IMG/VR virus record: IMGVR_UViG_3300034158_000007
Location: 70,616 to 134,615 of that record
Source of the DNA: a virus
Length of the DNA stretch: 64,000 nt
Direction: 5' to 3' (one strand)
Shown: positions 8,916 through 18,424 of the stretch, piece by piece
How the letters are laid out: every line of letters begins with the position of its first letter
How positions within the stretch are numbered: position 1 is the stretch's first letter
Translations under genes and position numbers: made by a program
Notes under the pieces: generated by a model
What the model saw: the letters and a program-made list of their open reading frames with translations, nothing else
What the model was told of the DNA's origin: nothing
Database searches by the model: none

Positions 8916-11138
8916 ATGAAAAACTTGAAATCTGTATTGAAAGCTTCTGCTACCGATAAACCAGTCTTCTCCATGGAAGGCTTCGTTGCATCCCTGAAGC
9001 TGGAAAATGATCTGGCCGATGGCCTGTTCTCTGTAGCAACTGCCGGTCTGGCAAAGACCATTGGTCTGGAATCCTTCGGTGAAGGTGAAGACAAACACGC
9101 TGCTTCGTCTGTGTACAAGCAACTGACTGCCCTGGCTACCAAGCTTGGCTTCGAACACTACATCTCCGAGAACCCACGCATCGCTGAGAACCAGCTGACT
9201 GCCGCATTCCTCGGTACCGTAGCTGCTGCTAACCCAGACCAGTACATCAAAGCACTTCGCGGTGTTTCGAAACTGATGCCTTCGACTGAAAGCATTAAGT
9301 CCGTAGAACACAGCTTCAGTGGTCCAGCCGGTTCCGTACAGGTATTTGACGCTGAAGGCGCCAAGTCCATGGGTCTGGAAAACTACAACGAGAAATCGCA
9401 ACGTGACTTCCGTGTTGTAACCGTTGGTTATAACCTGGCTGCTTCCCGTCAGGACGAATTCTCCGAGCGGATCTACCCTACTACCGTTATCAACCCTATC
9501 GAGGGTGGTGTGGTACAGGTTCTGCCTTACATCGCCGTAATGAAAGACGTGCATCACGCTGTTAACGGTGCTCGCTGGAAGAACGACGAAGTGAACATGG
9601 TAGAAGCATACCGTGATCCGTCGATTCTCGACGACAACGCAACTGATCTGATTCCTGCAATCAGCCCAGACGGCGTTAACCTGCACTTCTTCGCTGACCC
9701 GGCTCTGATCCCTGCTGAGACCATCGTCAACGAACAAAACCTGTCGATTGAAACTGCGCCTCTGAAGCCTGGTATCAAGATCGACCTGATGGGTAACTCC
9801 AACGCTAACATGCTGATCTCGGCTGGTATGCTTGAAGTTTCCGACTCGATCGACCCTGCTGGTCGTTTGAAGGCTCTGTACGTTAAGTTCCAAGGTAAAG
9901 TTATCAAGTTCAAAGTTGACCGCATGCCACGTGCTGTGTTCCAACCTGACCTGATCGGCGACACCCGTGGCGCTCGTATCGACTTCTTCACCGATGACCT
10001 GAGCGTAAGCTCGATCTCCCGTACTATCGATGGTGTTCAAACTGCTGCGATGCAAGAGCTGGAATCCCGTGAGTGGGTAATGCGTGTAAGCGTTGACTTC
10101 TCCGGTAACATCTCGCTGTCCCGTGGTGACTCCCGCTTCAATCCAGGCTCTGCCGAAATTGCTGCGATCCTGAACTCCGACCGTCGTCCTGTTGACATCA
10201 CCACTGGTGCCGGTAAGACTCTGGTAGATAGCATCACCGATCTGGAAATCGTTGGTTTCGAACTGCATACTCGTTTCACCAACACTAACCGTCGTCAGCG
10301 CGGTCACCTGTTGCAAACACGTGCTCTGCAATTCCGTCACCCTATCCCAATGCACGCGCCAGTAACCCTGCCGCTGAGCACCATGGATGAAGAAGGTCCA
10401 GGCGAAGTTGTTAAAGCTCTGACTGTTAACACCAACATCCGTAACAGCAACAACGCTGTTAAGACCCTGCTGAACTATCTGGCACAGCTGAAGGAATTGA
10501 CTGGTAACGGCTTCAACCGTCCTACCATCAACGTATACGAGGGTGCTCTGGCCGCAGTAATGCGTCCTACCTACTACTACGATACCATGCACCTGCCAGA
10601 CATGATCGATACCCTGAAGTCGAAAGACCGTTGGGACGACGTGTGCAGCGCGATCCTGAACAAAGTTAAAGGTCGTCTGTTCCCTGCGTACCGTGACTCG
10701 AACATCGAGGCAACATTCCGTGTAATCTCGGGCAACCAAGATGAGCGTCCAATGTTCCTGTTCTGCTCGGACAAAGAGATCGCTAACTACCTGATGACTA
10801 AAGGCGACGACCGTACCCTGGGTGCATACCTGGAATACGACATCGTTTCCACTAACAACGAACTGTTCGACGGTAAGTTGGTAGTAGTTCCGACCCGTAA
10901 GACTCCAGCCGAAAACGACATCCTGTCCTTCGGTCAGTTCTTCTACGTGTCGACCATCATCGCCGACCTGCCGATCTCCCGTGGTGGTCATCAGATCTCC
11001 CGTGAAATCGCAGCCATCCCATTCAACCTGCACATCAACAACATTCCATTCGCACTGGAATTCGATGTAACAGGCTTCGAAGAAGTGATGGGTCACTCGA
11101 TGTGGAACAAGCCAGTTGTTGACGGTCTGAATGCCTGA
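8916..11138 (+). CDS. Major capsid protein (phiKZ gp120-like)
   Basis: 740 aa; strongest codon bias in the window; propeptide with SMEG, GLES and GLENY cleavage sites; LENYNEKSQRDFR..TV.YNL.ASRQDEF.E..YPT motif of phiKZ-like MCPs. Confidence 0.9.
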   Translation: MKNLKSVLKASATDKPVFSMEGFVASLKLENDLADGLFSVATAGLAKTIGLESFGEGEDKHAASSVYKQLTALATKLGFEHYISENPRIAENQLTAAFLGTVAAANPDQYIKALRGVSKLMPSTESIKSVEHSFSGPAGSVQVFDAEGAKSMGLENYNEKSQRDFRVVTVGYNLAASRQDEFSERIYPTTVINPIEGGVVQVLPYIAVMKDVHHAVNGARWKNDEVNMVEAYRDPSILDDNATDLIPAISPDGVNLHFFADPALIPAETIVNEQNLSIETAPLKPGIKIDLMGNSNANMLISAGMLEVSDSIDPAGRLKALYVKFQGKVIKFKVDRMPRAVFQPDLIGDTRGARIDFFTDDLSVSSISRTIDGVQTAAMQELESREWVMRVSVDFSGNISLSRGDSRFNPGSAEIAAILNSDRRPVDITTGAGKTLVDSITDLEIVGFELHTRFTNTNRRQRGHLLQTRALQFRHPIPMHAPVTLPLSTMDEEGPGEVVKALTVNTNIRNSNNAVKTLLNYLAQLKELTGNGFNRPTINVYEGALAAVMRPTYYYDTMHLPDMIDTLKSKDRWDDVCSAILNKVKGRLFPAYRDSNIEATFRVISGNQDERPMFLFCSDKEIANYLMTKGDDRTLGAYLEYDIVSTNNELFDGKLVVVPTRKTPAENDILSFGQFFYVSTIIADLPISRGGHQISREIAAIPFNLHINNIPFALEFDVTGFEEVMGHSMWNKPVVDGLNA

Positions 11139-11233
11139 GACACTAAGGGCGGACTCCGTTACTACGAAGACGGCACAACCGTCAGGCTAGAAGAAAGCGG
11201 GCTCCCCCGCCGACTAGAGCGGTGACACTAGGT

Positions 11234-11265
11234 CATATTGCCAGCACTTAGGTGCTGGCTTTATG
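11234..11265. terminator. CATA...TATG-family palindrome after MCP and its in-frame extension
   Basis: CATATTGCCAGCAC-TTAG-GTGCTGGCTTTATG. Confidence 0.75.
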
Positions 11266-11290
11266 TCGTCTTGGTCCAATAGAAATAATC

Positions 11291-11306
11291 TCAAGTTTAT
11301 ATCATG
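11291..11306 (+). promoter_or_regulatory. Putative early/middle promoter TCAAGTTTATATCATG
   Basis: Exact 16-bp copy at 61328-61343; resembles the phiKZ early consensus TATATTAC; lies upstream of non-virion genes. Confidence 0.55.
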
Positions 11307-11346
11307 CTAGTGTATCTACAATCAATGTTGACTAGAGGAAACTACA

Positions 11347-11790
11347 ATGAGCTTCTTTAAACGCTATGACGCTGCTGTAAAGCAGAAGCAAAACGACACC
11401 GGTATGACACACGGTGATTTCTATGTAACCCCAGAAGAGGTTATGCAAGATATTACTCCAGTTACTAATAGTGTACCAACCGTTGAATTGGTTGATATAG
11501 TCGAAGTAACCCAAACTCCAATGCATCCCATCGTGGATGACATTATGCCCTCTAACCTCCCCGAGCTTGAAGCTAAGTTCGAGAAAGCACATCGGAGGGC
11601 AGCTAGGCCAACACACCGTGAAAGCCAAGCGAGTGAAACCAAAGCTGGACGAGTTCGAAACCGTGATCATGCGCCGTCGAAACGATCTCGGAGAATGGAC
11701 GAAGGTGAAGGTCCGTCGTCGAAAAACTCAAAGCGTGCCTCCAAATATACGGTACGCCAACAGCGATGTGAAAAACGTGTTCTAGATTAA
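11347..11790 (+). CDS. Hypothetical protein (gp121 position); C-terminal half probably encoded in the +1 frame ending at 11785
   Basis: RBS AGAGGA; codon pattern switches frame near 11584 (see findings). Confidence 0.6.
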   Translation: MSFFKRYDAAVKQKQNDTGMTHGDFYVTPEEVMQDITPVTNSVPTVELVDIVEVTQTPMHPIVDDIMPSNLPELEAKFEKAHRRAARPTHRESQASETKAGRVRNRDHAPSKRSRRMDEGEGPSSKNSKRASKYTVRQQRCEKRVLD

Positions 11791-11814
11791 TCATCCCCAA
11801 GGAAACCAACCCAT

Positions 11815-12888
11815 ATGGAAAAAACCTTTTACGGGACTAAGCTGGAACCAGCGTATCACCTTGCAGAAAACCCTCTACCTCGAACGCTGGCGTCCTTCCG
11901 TGATTTCAACGGAGTTCATCGTGGAGGGTTGACTACATCAACTGAGTTTGAAAACCAGTCCGGTAAGAACCTAACCATCCTAACTCCATTAGGGATGACG
12001 GTAACTTTACCGGCTAATACCCAATCCACTCGGAATACGTTGGTTATAACACACACGTTCTTAATAGGTCCCGAAGCTAAGTTTGATTGGTCAACCATTA
12101 TTACTAATGCACGGCCAGAAGACAAAGCTGTTCTTATTGAATTGTCGGAGAAGTTTAAAAGCCAAGAACCCTGTACAACGAGTCGTGAAGTAAAGCTATA
12201 CAACATCGTAGAACTAACAGGTGTGGAGGGTTATAAGAACGGCATACTGATCGGCGAGTCTGGCTATCAAGTGGTGGCTACCGAACATGCAGCTCTGGCT
12301 CAACCATTTGTGAAAGGCGTGATCGTTCCACAGCAGATCCTGTGCAGTACCTTAAATGAGCGATGTCATTCATCAATCACCACGGTGTACGAATATGTGG
12401 TCAACTATGCTGAGCGCGCAACACCTGTTTATATAGCTGGCCATAAGGGTACCTTCAATCAGCTTAAGCCTTGTGTTGATCCTCTACGCGATGAGGGGAT
12501 GTACATAACCACCTTTGACGACCAATCGGTTTCCTTAGGGCTCACTGCAACTGGTGAGTTGTTACAAGCACATCGTAACCGTGTGCACTATGTACCGCTT
12601 AAAGATTTCGTTGAATACGGTTTCTTAAAAAGCCCATCTGACATCCTTGAAGCATTCGGAGGTAAGACGCATGATAAGAAACGAACTGACAAACTGTTAA
12701 AAGACTTCGAGGAATTTCTACGTTCTAAAACAGAGATACCTAATGACCGACGAAGACCATTCGCCGATCAAGTGTTTGATGCAGATCTACATGGTTTTAA
12801 CTTGAAAGACGTGGGGGAACTAGCTGTTAAGTTTGGTAAGTTGCTCAAAGATGTAAAAAGTGTGTTTAACGAAACGCGGAGCTTCTAA
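11815..12888 (+). CDS. Conserved jumbo-phage protein (gp122 position)
   Basis: 357 aa; RBS AAGGA; TAATG coupling to the RNAP subunit gene. Confidence 0.75.
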   Translation: MEKTFYGTKLEPAYHLAENPLPRTLASFRDFNGVHRGGLTTSTEFENQSGKNLTILTPLGMTVTLPANTQSTRNTLVITHTFLIGPEAKFDWSTIITNARPEDKAVLIELSEKFKSQEPCTTSREVKLYNIVELTGVEGYKNGILIGESGYQVVATEHAALAQPFVKGVIVPQQILCSTLNERCHSSITTVYEYVVNYAERATPVYIAGHKGTFNQLKPCVDPLRDEGMYITTFDDQSVSLGLTATGELLQAHRNRVHYVPLKDFVEYGFLKSPSDILEAFGGKTHDKKRTDKLLKDFEEFLRSKTEIPNDRRRPFADQVFDADLHGFNLKDVGELAVKFGKLLKDVKSVFNETRSF

Positions 12889-14510
12889 TGGATAAATTTC
12901 TAATCAGCAAGATGTTGGATCATGTTAAACCATTTAACAAAACGCTTGCTGATGGTATTGCACTTGAACACCTGATGGGAGTTAACTCGGCTGGCGTATG
13001 TAACCGTCGAGCGTATATCGATAAGCTGTGGGCAATCAACGCCTCTATGTTCCCTAAAGGGTTCAAGTATGAGGGTAGTGTTGTGATGCGTCCAGAACGC
13101 ATGTTCGATGAGATTACACGTGAGTATGGTTCGAAGCGCAATGCTAACATCGCCAAGACTAACTCTCGCATGATCGCACTGAAGTCAAGCCTTCACGGTG
13201 TACCACTGTTTGATCGCTATATCCTGATCCCGTTTGCAAGTCAGGGTGGTACCTGCCCTATTAACGGTGCAACGTATCAGATCTCTCCAGTTATGACCGA
13301 CGTGGGTTACTCGGTACTCAACAACAGTATCTTTATTCCGTTCCAACGTGCCAAGCTTACATTCAAGCAGATCGATCATCACTACGTGTGTAATGGTCAG
13401 CGTGAGATTAAGTATGTCATCTGGTCTCAGATTCACAACGAGATGGGTAAACGTACTAAGCGCGATCTCAACAACCGACCTTTCATTGAATCATGCCTCG
13501 CGCATTACTTCTTCTGTGAATACGGTGTAAAGGAAACCTTTAAGCGTTGGGCTAATACCGACGTTGAGATTGGTTACCTCAAAGACCTCGATCCAGTTAA
13601 GTTCCCTCGCGATGAATGGAACGTGTTCCAGTCGGCTACTCTGACTGGTAATCACCCAACTGGCGAAATGGCAATTGCTGTTCCTAAGTCTGCGAACTCC
13701 GAGTTTGTGAATCGTTTGATCGCAGGCTTCTGGTATGTGGTTGATGCTTTCCCTGCTCGCTTCGTAGAACCGCACTACATGGATTCTAAGGATCTGTGGC
13801 GCATCATCCTAGGTCTCATGATCTTCGGTGACTATGAGCACCAAGGTAAGCTGGCTGAGAACATCGATGCTCACCTGACCTCCTTCAATAACTATCTCGA
13901 TGAGATGACCATTAAGGGTTTGGGTAGCGTGGGCATTAAAGTCAACACGATCTGGGAGCTACTGTACCTGATCATGACTGACATGGCACATCACCTCTAC
14001 GATACAGACATCGATGAAACCAGTCTATGGTCTAAATCACTGAGCGTGCTTAAGTATGTATTCGATGACCTGAACTATGCTATCACCATGTTCGGCTATT
14101 CGTTCCAGTCTCGACTGAACAAAGACTGGACGGCTCAAGAGATCAATGACGCTATGAAGCGTTCATTCAAACTGAACACGTGTATGCGTAAGCTTACTAG
14201 TGAGCACGGCGAATTTGATACCGTGAGTTATCCAGGTGACAACAAAGCAATCAAGCTTACATCGATTGTAGTACCACAAGACAGAGCACGCACCAAGGGC
14301 GGACACAACAAGTCCTTGATCGGTGACTCCAGTCGATTGATTCACGTATCCCTTGCAGACGTGGGTCAGTTTAAGAACCAACCGAAGAACAACCCGGATG
14401 GCCGTGGTCGGATTAACCTGTATACGCCAATTGGTCATGATGGCCTGATTCACAGACGTGAAGAAGATCGTGAACAACTCGATGCAGTGCAAGCGCGTTT
14501 CAATCGATAA
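12888..14510 (+). CDS. Non-virion RNA polymerase beta subunit, N-terminal part (phiKZ gp123-like)
   Basis: GTCPINGATYQISPV matches the beta G.F.ING motif; C-terminal IHVS...GQ...P...PDG.G.IN matches the beta H.S...ETPEG region; synteny. Confidence 0.8.
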   Translation: MDKFLISKMLDHVKPFNKTLADGIALEHLMGVNSAGVCNRRAYIDKLWAINASMFPKGFKYEGSVVMRPERMFDEITREYGSKRNANIAKTNSRMIALKSSLHGVPLFDRYILIPFASQGGTCPINGATYQISPVMTDVGYSVLNNSIFIPFQRAKLTFKQIDHHYVCNGQREIKYVIWSQIHNEMGKRTKRDLNNRPFIESCLAHYFFCEYGVKETFKRWANTDVEIGYLKDLDPVKFPRDEWNVFQSATLTGNHPTGEMAIAVPKSANSEFVNRLIAGFWYVVDAFPARFVEPHYMDSKDLWRIILGLMIFGDYEHQGKLAENIDAHLTSFNNYLDEMTIKGLGSVGIKVNTIWELLYLIMTDMAHHLYDTDIDETSLWSKSLSVLKYVFDDLNYAITMFGYSFQSRLNKDWTAQEINDAMKRSFKLNTCMRKLTSEHGEFDTVSYPGDNKAIKLTSIVVPQDRARTKGGHNKSLIGDSSRLIHVSLADVGQFKNQPKNNPDGRGRINLYTPIGHDGLIHRREEDREQLDAVQARFNR

Positions 14511-14536
14511 TCAATTCAATCATTAAAGGGTCGCAT

Positions 14537-16654
14537 ATGTTCCAGAACAACTTCAACCAGCAAGTTCGTCTCCCAGTACCGTTCAACGGTGTGGATCAGT
14601 CGACTCTCTCTAACAATCTGCCACAGGGTAACGATCGTCTCCCTAACGTACAGCTTTCTCCTTGGATGAATGCGAACCAGCAGATTGGTTTGCTGGCTTT
14701 GGGGACACTTCGTCAACACGCGCAGAACTCGATCCAAAAGTCGGGTACTCACTGTGCAGCTTATAACCTGTTGGCGCAGGGCGGTTTCACCGGTAGCCAA
14801 ATCTATGCCGAATATGGTCAGATGGTAATTGACTTCGTAGAGTTCCTCTGCGTGGTCAAACGCTATCAGCCACAAGAAGCAGTGAAGATGGCTGCTCAAC
14901 GTGTGTATGAAGCTCTGCTGGCCGTTGTATTCGGTACCTACGCCGGTGAGTTGCAGAACGAACAAGTAACCCCTAGCGGTTACTGGGCTGGCTTGCAAAC
15001 AGCAGCGCAGATCTTCCAGTCGGTTACTAATGACATCCGTCAGTATAAGTCGGGTGCCTATAACCAACAGCAACCACAGTTCCAACAACCTACTGGTTTC
15101 CCAGGCGGTACTCAACTGCCTCCGATCGGTCACTACCAGCAAAACAATGGTGGGTATCACGTACCACCTGTGAACAATGGGATTAGCCAATTCCAGACTT
15201 CGGGCTATAAGCCTAATGGTGGTAATGGTGGCGGGTATCACATTCCTCAGGATGGTGGTACCGATGGTGTAGCTAGTTCGTTCTATGACGAACCAGCTCC
15301 AACCAAGCCACTGATGCCGGTTGAAGAGATCAGCAGCGACAATGGTTACTATGCTCAATCCACCCATCAGGAAGCTCCTAAAATGCAAACCTTCAACCAA
15401 GTAGCACCTAACCAGTTCGTAGAACCGGAAGAAACCAACCTGCCTGTACCGATGAACGTCGATCAGGTTGTTGTAGATCCTACCTACTACGCTCCACAAG
15501 GCGTTAAGCTGGATCTTAAGCGTCCATACGACACTGTGTATGCCCCAGGCGGTATCGTCGCACGTCCGGCTCACCAAGTGGACTGGGAAGTAACCTTCGG
15601 TGATGACATGCCGTGGCTGCAACTGGTTGACCCGTCTCGCTTCTGTGTCTTCCTCGTGAAGTTCCCGGATGGCGTGGTTAAAGAGAAATTCGTAGAATGG
15701 AACCCAAGCATGCAATACCTCCGTCATGAACTCGATGCGGACATGATCCGTAAAGCCTATCGTCCTAATGGCGAAGTGGTAGCTAACGATGTACCAATGT
15801 CCACCATCGGTGGCGATGCTGCACCTGAAGCTGATGTAGCCATGCTGGTTAAAGATGGTCACCTGAAGCGTAGCATGGTTCCACCAGTGATCCTGGAACG
15901 TACCTTCACCGGTACTACCGATCTGGATATCGAAGCTCAAGTCTCTGAAGAACTCCAGAACCTGTTGGAAGTCAACTTCACCAAAGAGATCCCACAGCCT
16001 GCTGCGGAATATCGTTCGTCATACCTGCACCCACTGAACATCAGTGACGAAGCTTATGACCAACTGACCATGTTGGCTAAGCAAGAAGTTCTGGGTCAAG
16101 TTGCACTGGGTCTGCGTGAACTGGTTGCTCAAGGTATCCTGCCACTGCGTCACTATAACTTCCTCAACGCCCGTTACACTGCGGCTGTGAACGAAGTACT
16201 GCGTGACTCGCTGGCACTGACCATCGACATCAGTGACTTCTGTGAAGACTACGTACAACTGGAAGAATACCTCCAGGCTAAACGTGGTGAGCCAATGGTA
16301 GCAGTTCTGCGCTCGGCAGGCATCGCCATCAACAACAAAGCAATGTGCCTGATGGATCTGGTTGACGATGAGTCTTCCAACTACTGGGTTGCTGATAACT
16401 ACCTGAACTTCCAACTGGGTTGGAGCCTGGCTGATCTGGCAGCTACCAACGTCCGTAAAGGTAAGGCTGTACTGATCTCTGCATCGGCACACCCAACCGT
16501 ACTGGAAGTCCTGAAAGGGATGATCGGTCGTGCTAACAAGAGCGAAGAGTTCATTGTTGGTACTATGCGTTTGATCACCAGTGATGGTCACTACCTCGAA
16601 GTGATTCGTGGTCGTCTGGTAGCGAAGGCAGTTCTGTTGAAGCTGGTTAGCTAA
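14537..16654 (+). CDS. Conserved jumbo-phage protein (705 aa) with a Q/N/G/Y-rich linker
   Basis: Long ORF with strong codon bias, RBS AAGGG. Confidence 0.8.
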   Translation: MFQNNFNQQVRLPVPFNGVDQSTLSNNLPQGNDRLPNVQLSPWMNANQQIGLLALGTLRQHAQNSIQKSGTHCAAYNLLAQGGFTGSQIYAEYGQMVIDFVEFLCVVKRYQPQEAVKMAAQRVYEALLAVVFGTYAGELQNEQVTPSGYWAGLQTAAQIFQSVTNDIRQYKSGAYNQQQPQFQQPTGFPGGTQLPPIGHYQQNNGGYHVPPVNNGISQFQTSGYKPNGGNGGGYHIPQDGGTDGVASSFYDEPAPTKPLMPVEEISSDNGYYAQSTHQEAPKMQTFNQVAPNQFVEPEETNLPVPMNVDQVVVDPTYYAPQGVKLDLKRPYDTVYAPGGIVARPAHQVDWEVTFGDDMPWLQLVDPSRFCVFLVKFPDGVVKEKFVEWNPSMQYLRHELDADMIRKAYRPNGEVVANDVPMSTIGGDAAPEADVAMLVKDGHLKRSMVPPVILERTFTGTTDLDIEAQVSEELQNLLEVNFTKEIPQPAAEYRSSYLHPLNISDEAYDQLTMLAKQEVLGQVALGLRELVAQGILPLRHYNFLNARYTAAVNEVLRDSLALTIDISDFCEDYVQLEEYLQAKRGEPMVAVLRSAGIAINNKAMCLMDLVDDESSNYWVADNYLNFQLGWSLADLAATNVRKGKAVLISASAHPTVLEVLKGMIGRANKSEEFIVGTMRLITSDGHYLEVIRGRLVAKAVLLKLVS

Positions 16655-16657
16655 CGT

Positions 16658-16690
16658 CATAATGGCCCTACCTTCGGGTAGGGTCTATTT
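16658..16690. terminator. Family hairpin with UUCG loop
   Basis: CATAATGGCCCTACC-TTCG-GGTAGGGTCTATTT. Confidence 0.7.
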
Positions 16691-16709
16691 CGTCTTAAGG
16701 GGTATAACA

Positions 16710-16976
16710 ATGAGTGCACGTCAAGCTAAGAAGTTCAATGACCATCAACACCGGCTGTACATGTACCAGTTCATTCTGAACATTACCGCTGATGCTTTGC
16801 AAACAAGCATTGCTAAGAAAGACTGGCCACGTGTGGCGAGCGTTATCGAACGCACTAAGAGTGTCCTGAAAGGGATACGCACGAACAAAGGGTTACGTAG
16901 TGGGATCTTTCCAATGACCCGCTTCACCCAATTCATTCACAATGCACTTGATCATGAGGTTGTTAAAAATGGCTAA
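16710..16976 (+). CDS. Hypothetical protein (start refined to ATG 16710)
   Basis: RBS AAGGGG; the ORF-track start at 16662 falls inside the hairpin. Confidence 0.65.
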   Translation: MSARQAKKFNDHQHRLYMYQFILNITADALQTSIAKKDWPRVASVIERTKSVLKGIRTNKGLRSGIFPMTRFTQFIHNALDHEVVKNG

Positions 16977-17229
16977 GATTATTCAGGTAACAAACTATCC
17001 GATCCTGTCTGCTAATAGCGTACAGTTTCTGAAAGAGCTGGTAAAAGACACCGAAGGTGAATGGAAACTCATTACCGCTACTGACCCATGTGATGCTAAG
17101 TTCTATGGCGATGAAGCCGAACTGTTGCTGACAGCACTCCAATACAAAACAATCTATCATGAAGATGCTATCTTCAGTGATGGGACAACTCCGCTACGTC
17201 CGTCGTTGTCGATCATCGACTACGTCTAA
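16969..17229 (+). CDS. Hypothetical protein (start refined to ATG 16969)
   Basis: RBS GAGG; overlaps the upstream stop. Confidence 0.7.
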   Translation: MAKIIQVTNYPILSANSVQFLKELVKDTEGEWKLITATDPCDAKFYGDEAELLLTALQYKTIYHEDAIFSDGTTPLRPSLSIIDYV

Positions 17230-17258
17230 TAGTAGAAACCATTTAAAGGGTATATTAC

Positions 17259-17693
17259 ATGCGTGTACCAATCATGAGAACCGCCGACGGTAAGTTCATT
17301 ATTCAATTGAATTTTGATCAAACCCCAGATGGCTTCGAAGATGTTTTTGAGGACAGTATATTCTACCTACGGTATCAGCAGTCCCGTGCCCATGGTGAAT
17401 ATGGTTCTCCTGATGTAACCGCATTAACCGGTAATCCAACCGCACAGATCGTCCGTGAACGCAACATCGAAGAAAGACGGACGTGCCTCACCCTGATTCA
17501 CCAGAACCAAATCGGACCGTATATTCAAATGGAAGTTCGTCCATATGGACCATACGGTAACCAGATGCGTGATTACATTGCGTTAACTCATACCAACCCA
17601 GCCTATCTAACATTCCGCACTTATAGTGAACTGGACGAAGATGGCAAGATGGTCGTAACCCAAATCAATGGTGCCGACTTTACAACCAATTAA
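17259..17693 (+). CDS. Hypothetical protein (144 aa)
   Basis: RBS AAAGGG; TATATTAC (phiKZ early consensus) at 17251-17258 directly before the ATG. Confidence 0.75.
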   Translation: MRVPIMRTADGKFIIQLNFDQTPDGFEDVFEDSIFYLRYQQSRAHGEYGSPDVTALTGNPTAQIVRERNIEERRTCLTLIHQNQIGPYIQMEVRPYGPYGNQMRDYIALTHTNPAYLTFRTYSELDEDGKMVVTQINGADFTTN

Positions 17694-17704
17694 AGGAATT
17701 TACG

Positions 17705-18388
17705 ATGTTCGATATCAACCGCGTTAAAGCTTCTGTTGCTGAACTGATCCAATCTCTGAATGCCCGTCGTTTCCGACTGGAGGTACAGGATGAGTTACCA
17801 ACCGATACTGTATACGTTGCAACCACCGATAACCTTCCACTGGATGGTGAAGCGGATATCACCTACCACGTGGTAGCTGATGGTTCGGTATGGCGTTGGA
17901 CCGATGGAGCGTATCATGAAGTCAATCCATATGTTTACGGCGTCGATCAGCAGTACCGTGACCACGCCCGAGTCATTCGTCCTAAGTCAACGATTGTTGA
18001 CCCTACCGCAACGATGGCTTCACTGTCTCTGGAACAGGTCCGTGGTGGTAGTTCTGAAGTACTGGCCACACTCTACAACTTATACGCTCTGCGCGCAGAC
18101 CTTGGTATGTTTGAGCGCATCGTTGTAAACGGTCACAAGATGACTGTGATGGATCTGTTGGGTAAAGGGCGTCACCTCAAAGCAATTGACAACGTCACCG
18201 AGTGGTTCCAACGTGAACACAAAGCGATGTGGACTCTGCTGAACTCGTGTATCCAACATCGTGATGGCCGTATCTGGGCACACAACCCAGTGATCGATGC
18301 ACTGTACAAACAGAAAGCTCTGTTGGTATGGGACGATGTAAAGAAACGTGCAATGCTGCGCCTTGAGAACTTCGAGGTCTATCTGTAA
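17705..18388 (+). CDS. Hypothetical protein (227 aa)
   Basis: RBS AAGGA; typical codon bias. Confidence 0.75.
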   Translation: MFDINRVKASVAELIQSLNARRFRLEVQDELPTDTVYVATTDNLPLDGEADITYHVVADGSVWRWTDGAYHEVNPYVYGVDQQYRDHARVIRPKSTIVDPTATMASLSLEQVRGGSSEVLATLYNLYALRADLGMFERIVVNGHKMTVMDLLGKGRHLKAIDNVTEWFQREHKAMWTLLNSCIQHRDGRIWAHNPVIDALYKQKALLVWDDVKKRAMLRLENFEVYL

Positions 18389-18391
18389 CGT

Positions 18392-18424
18392 CATAAAGCC
18401 CCTCCCTAGTGGAGGGGCAATATG
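18392..18424. terminator. CATA...TATG-family palindrome between convergent genes
   Basis: CATAAAGCCCCTCC-CTAGT-GGAGGGGCAATATG; arms identical to the reverse complement of 24740-24771. Confidence 0.8.

Noticed and set aside
8838-11096. 752-aa antisense ORF opposite the MCP gene
   Set aside because: Exactly in codon register with MCP; it stays open because MCP avoids TTA, CTA and TCA codons. No RBS and shadow-type composition.
11131-11190. Short ORF MPETLRADSVTTKTAQPSG overlapping the MCP stop
   Set aside because: 19 aa, no RBS and no motif; the conserved-looking peptide is in the MCP frame, not this one.
14516-16660. Antisense ORFs of 474 and 213 aa; likewise those opposite 26150, 34468, 38492 and 54327
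   Set aside because: Same codon-bias shadow effect; no independent motifs or ribosome-binding sites.
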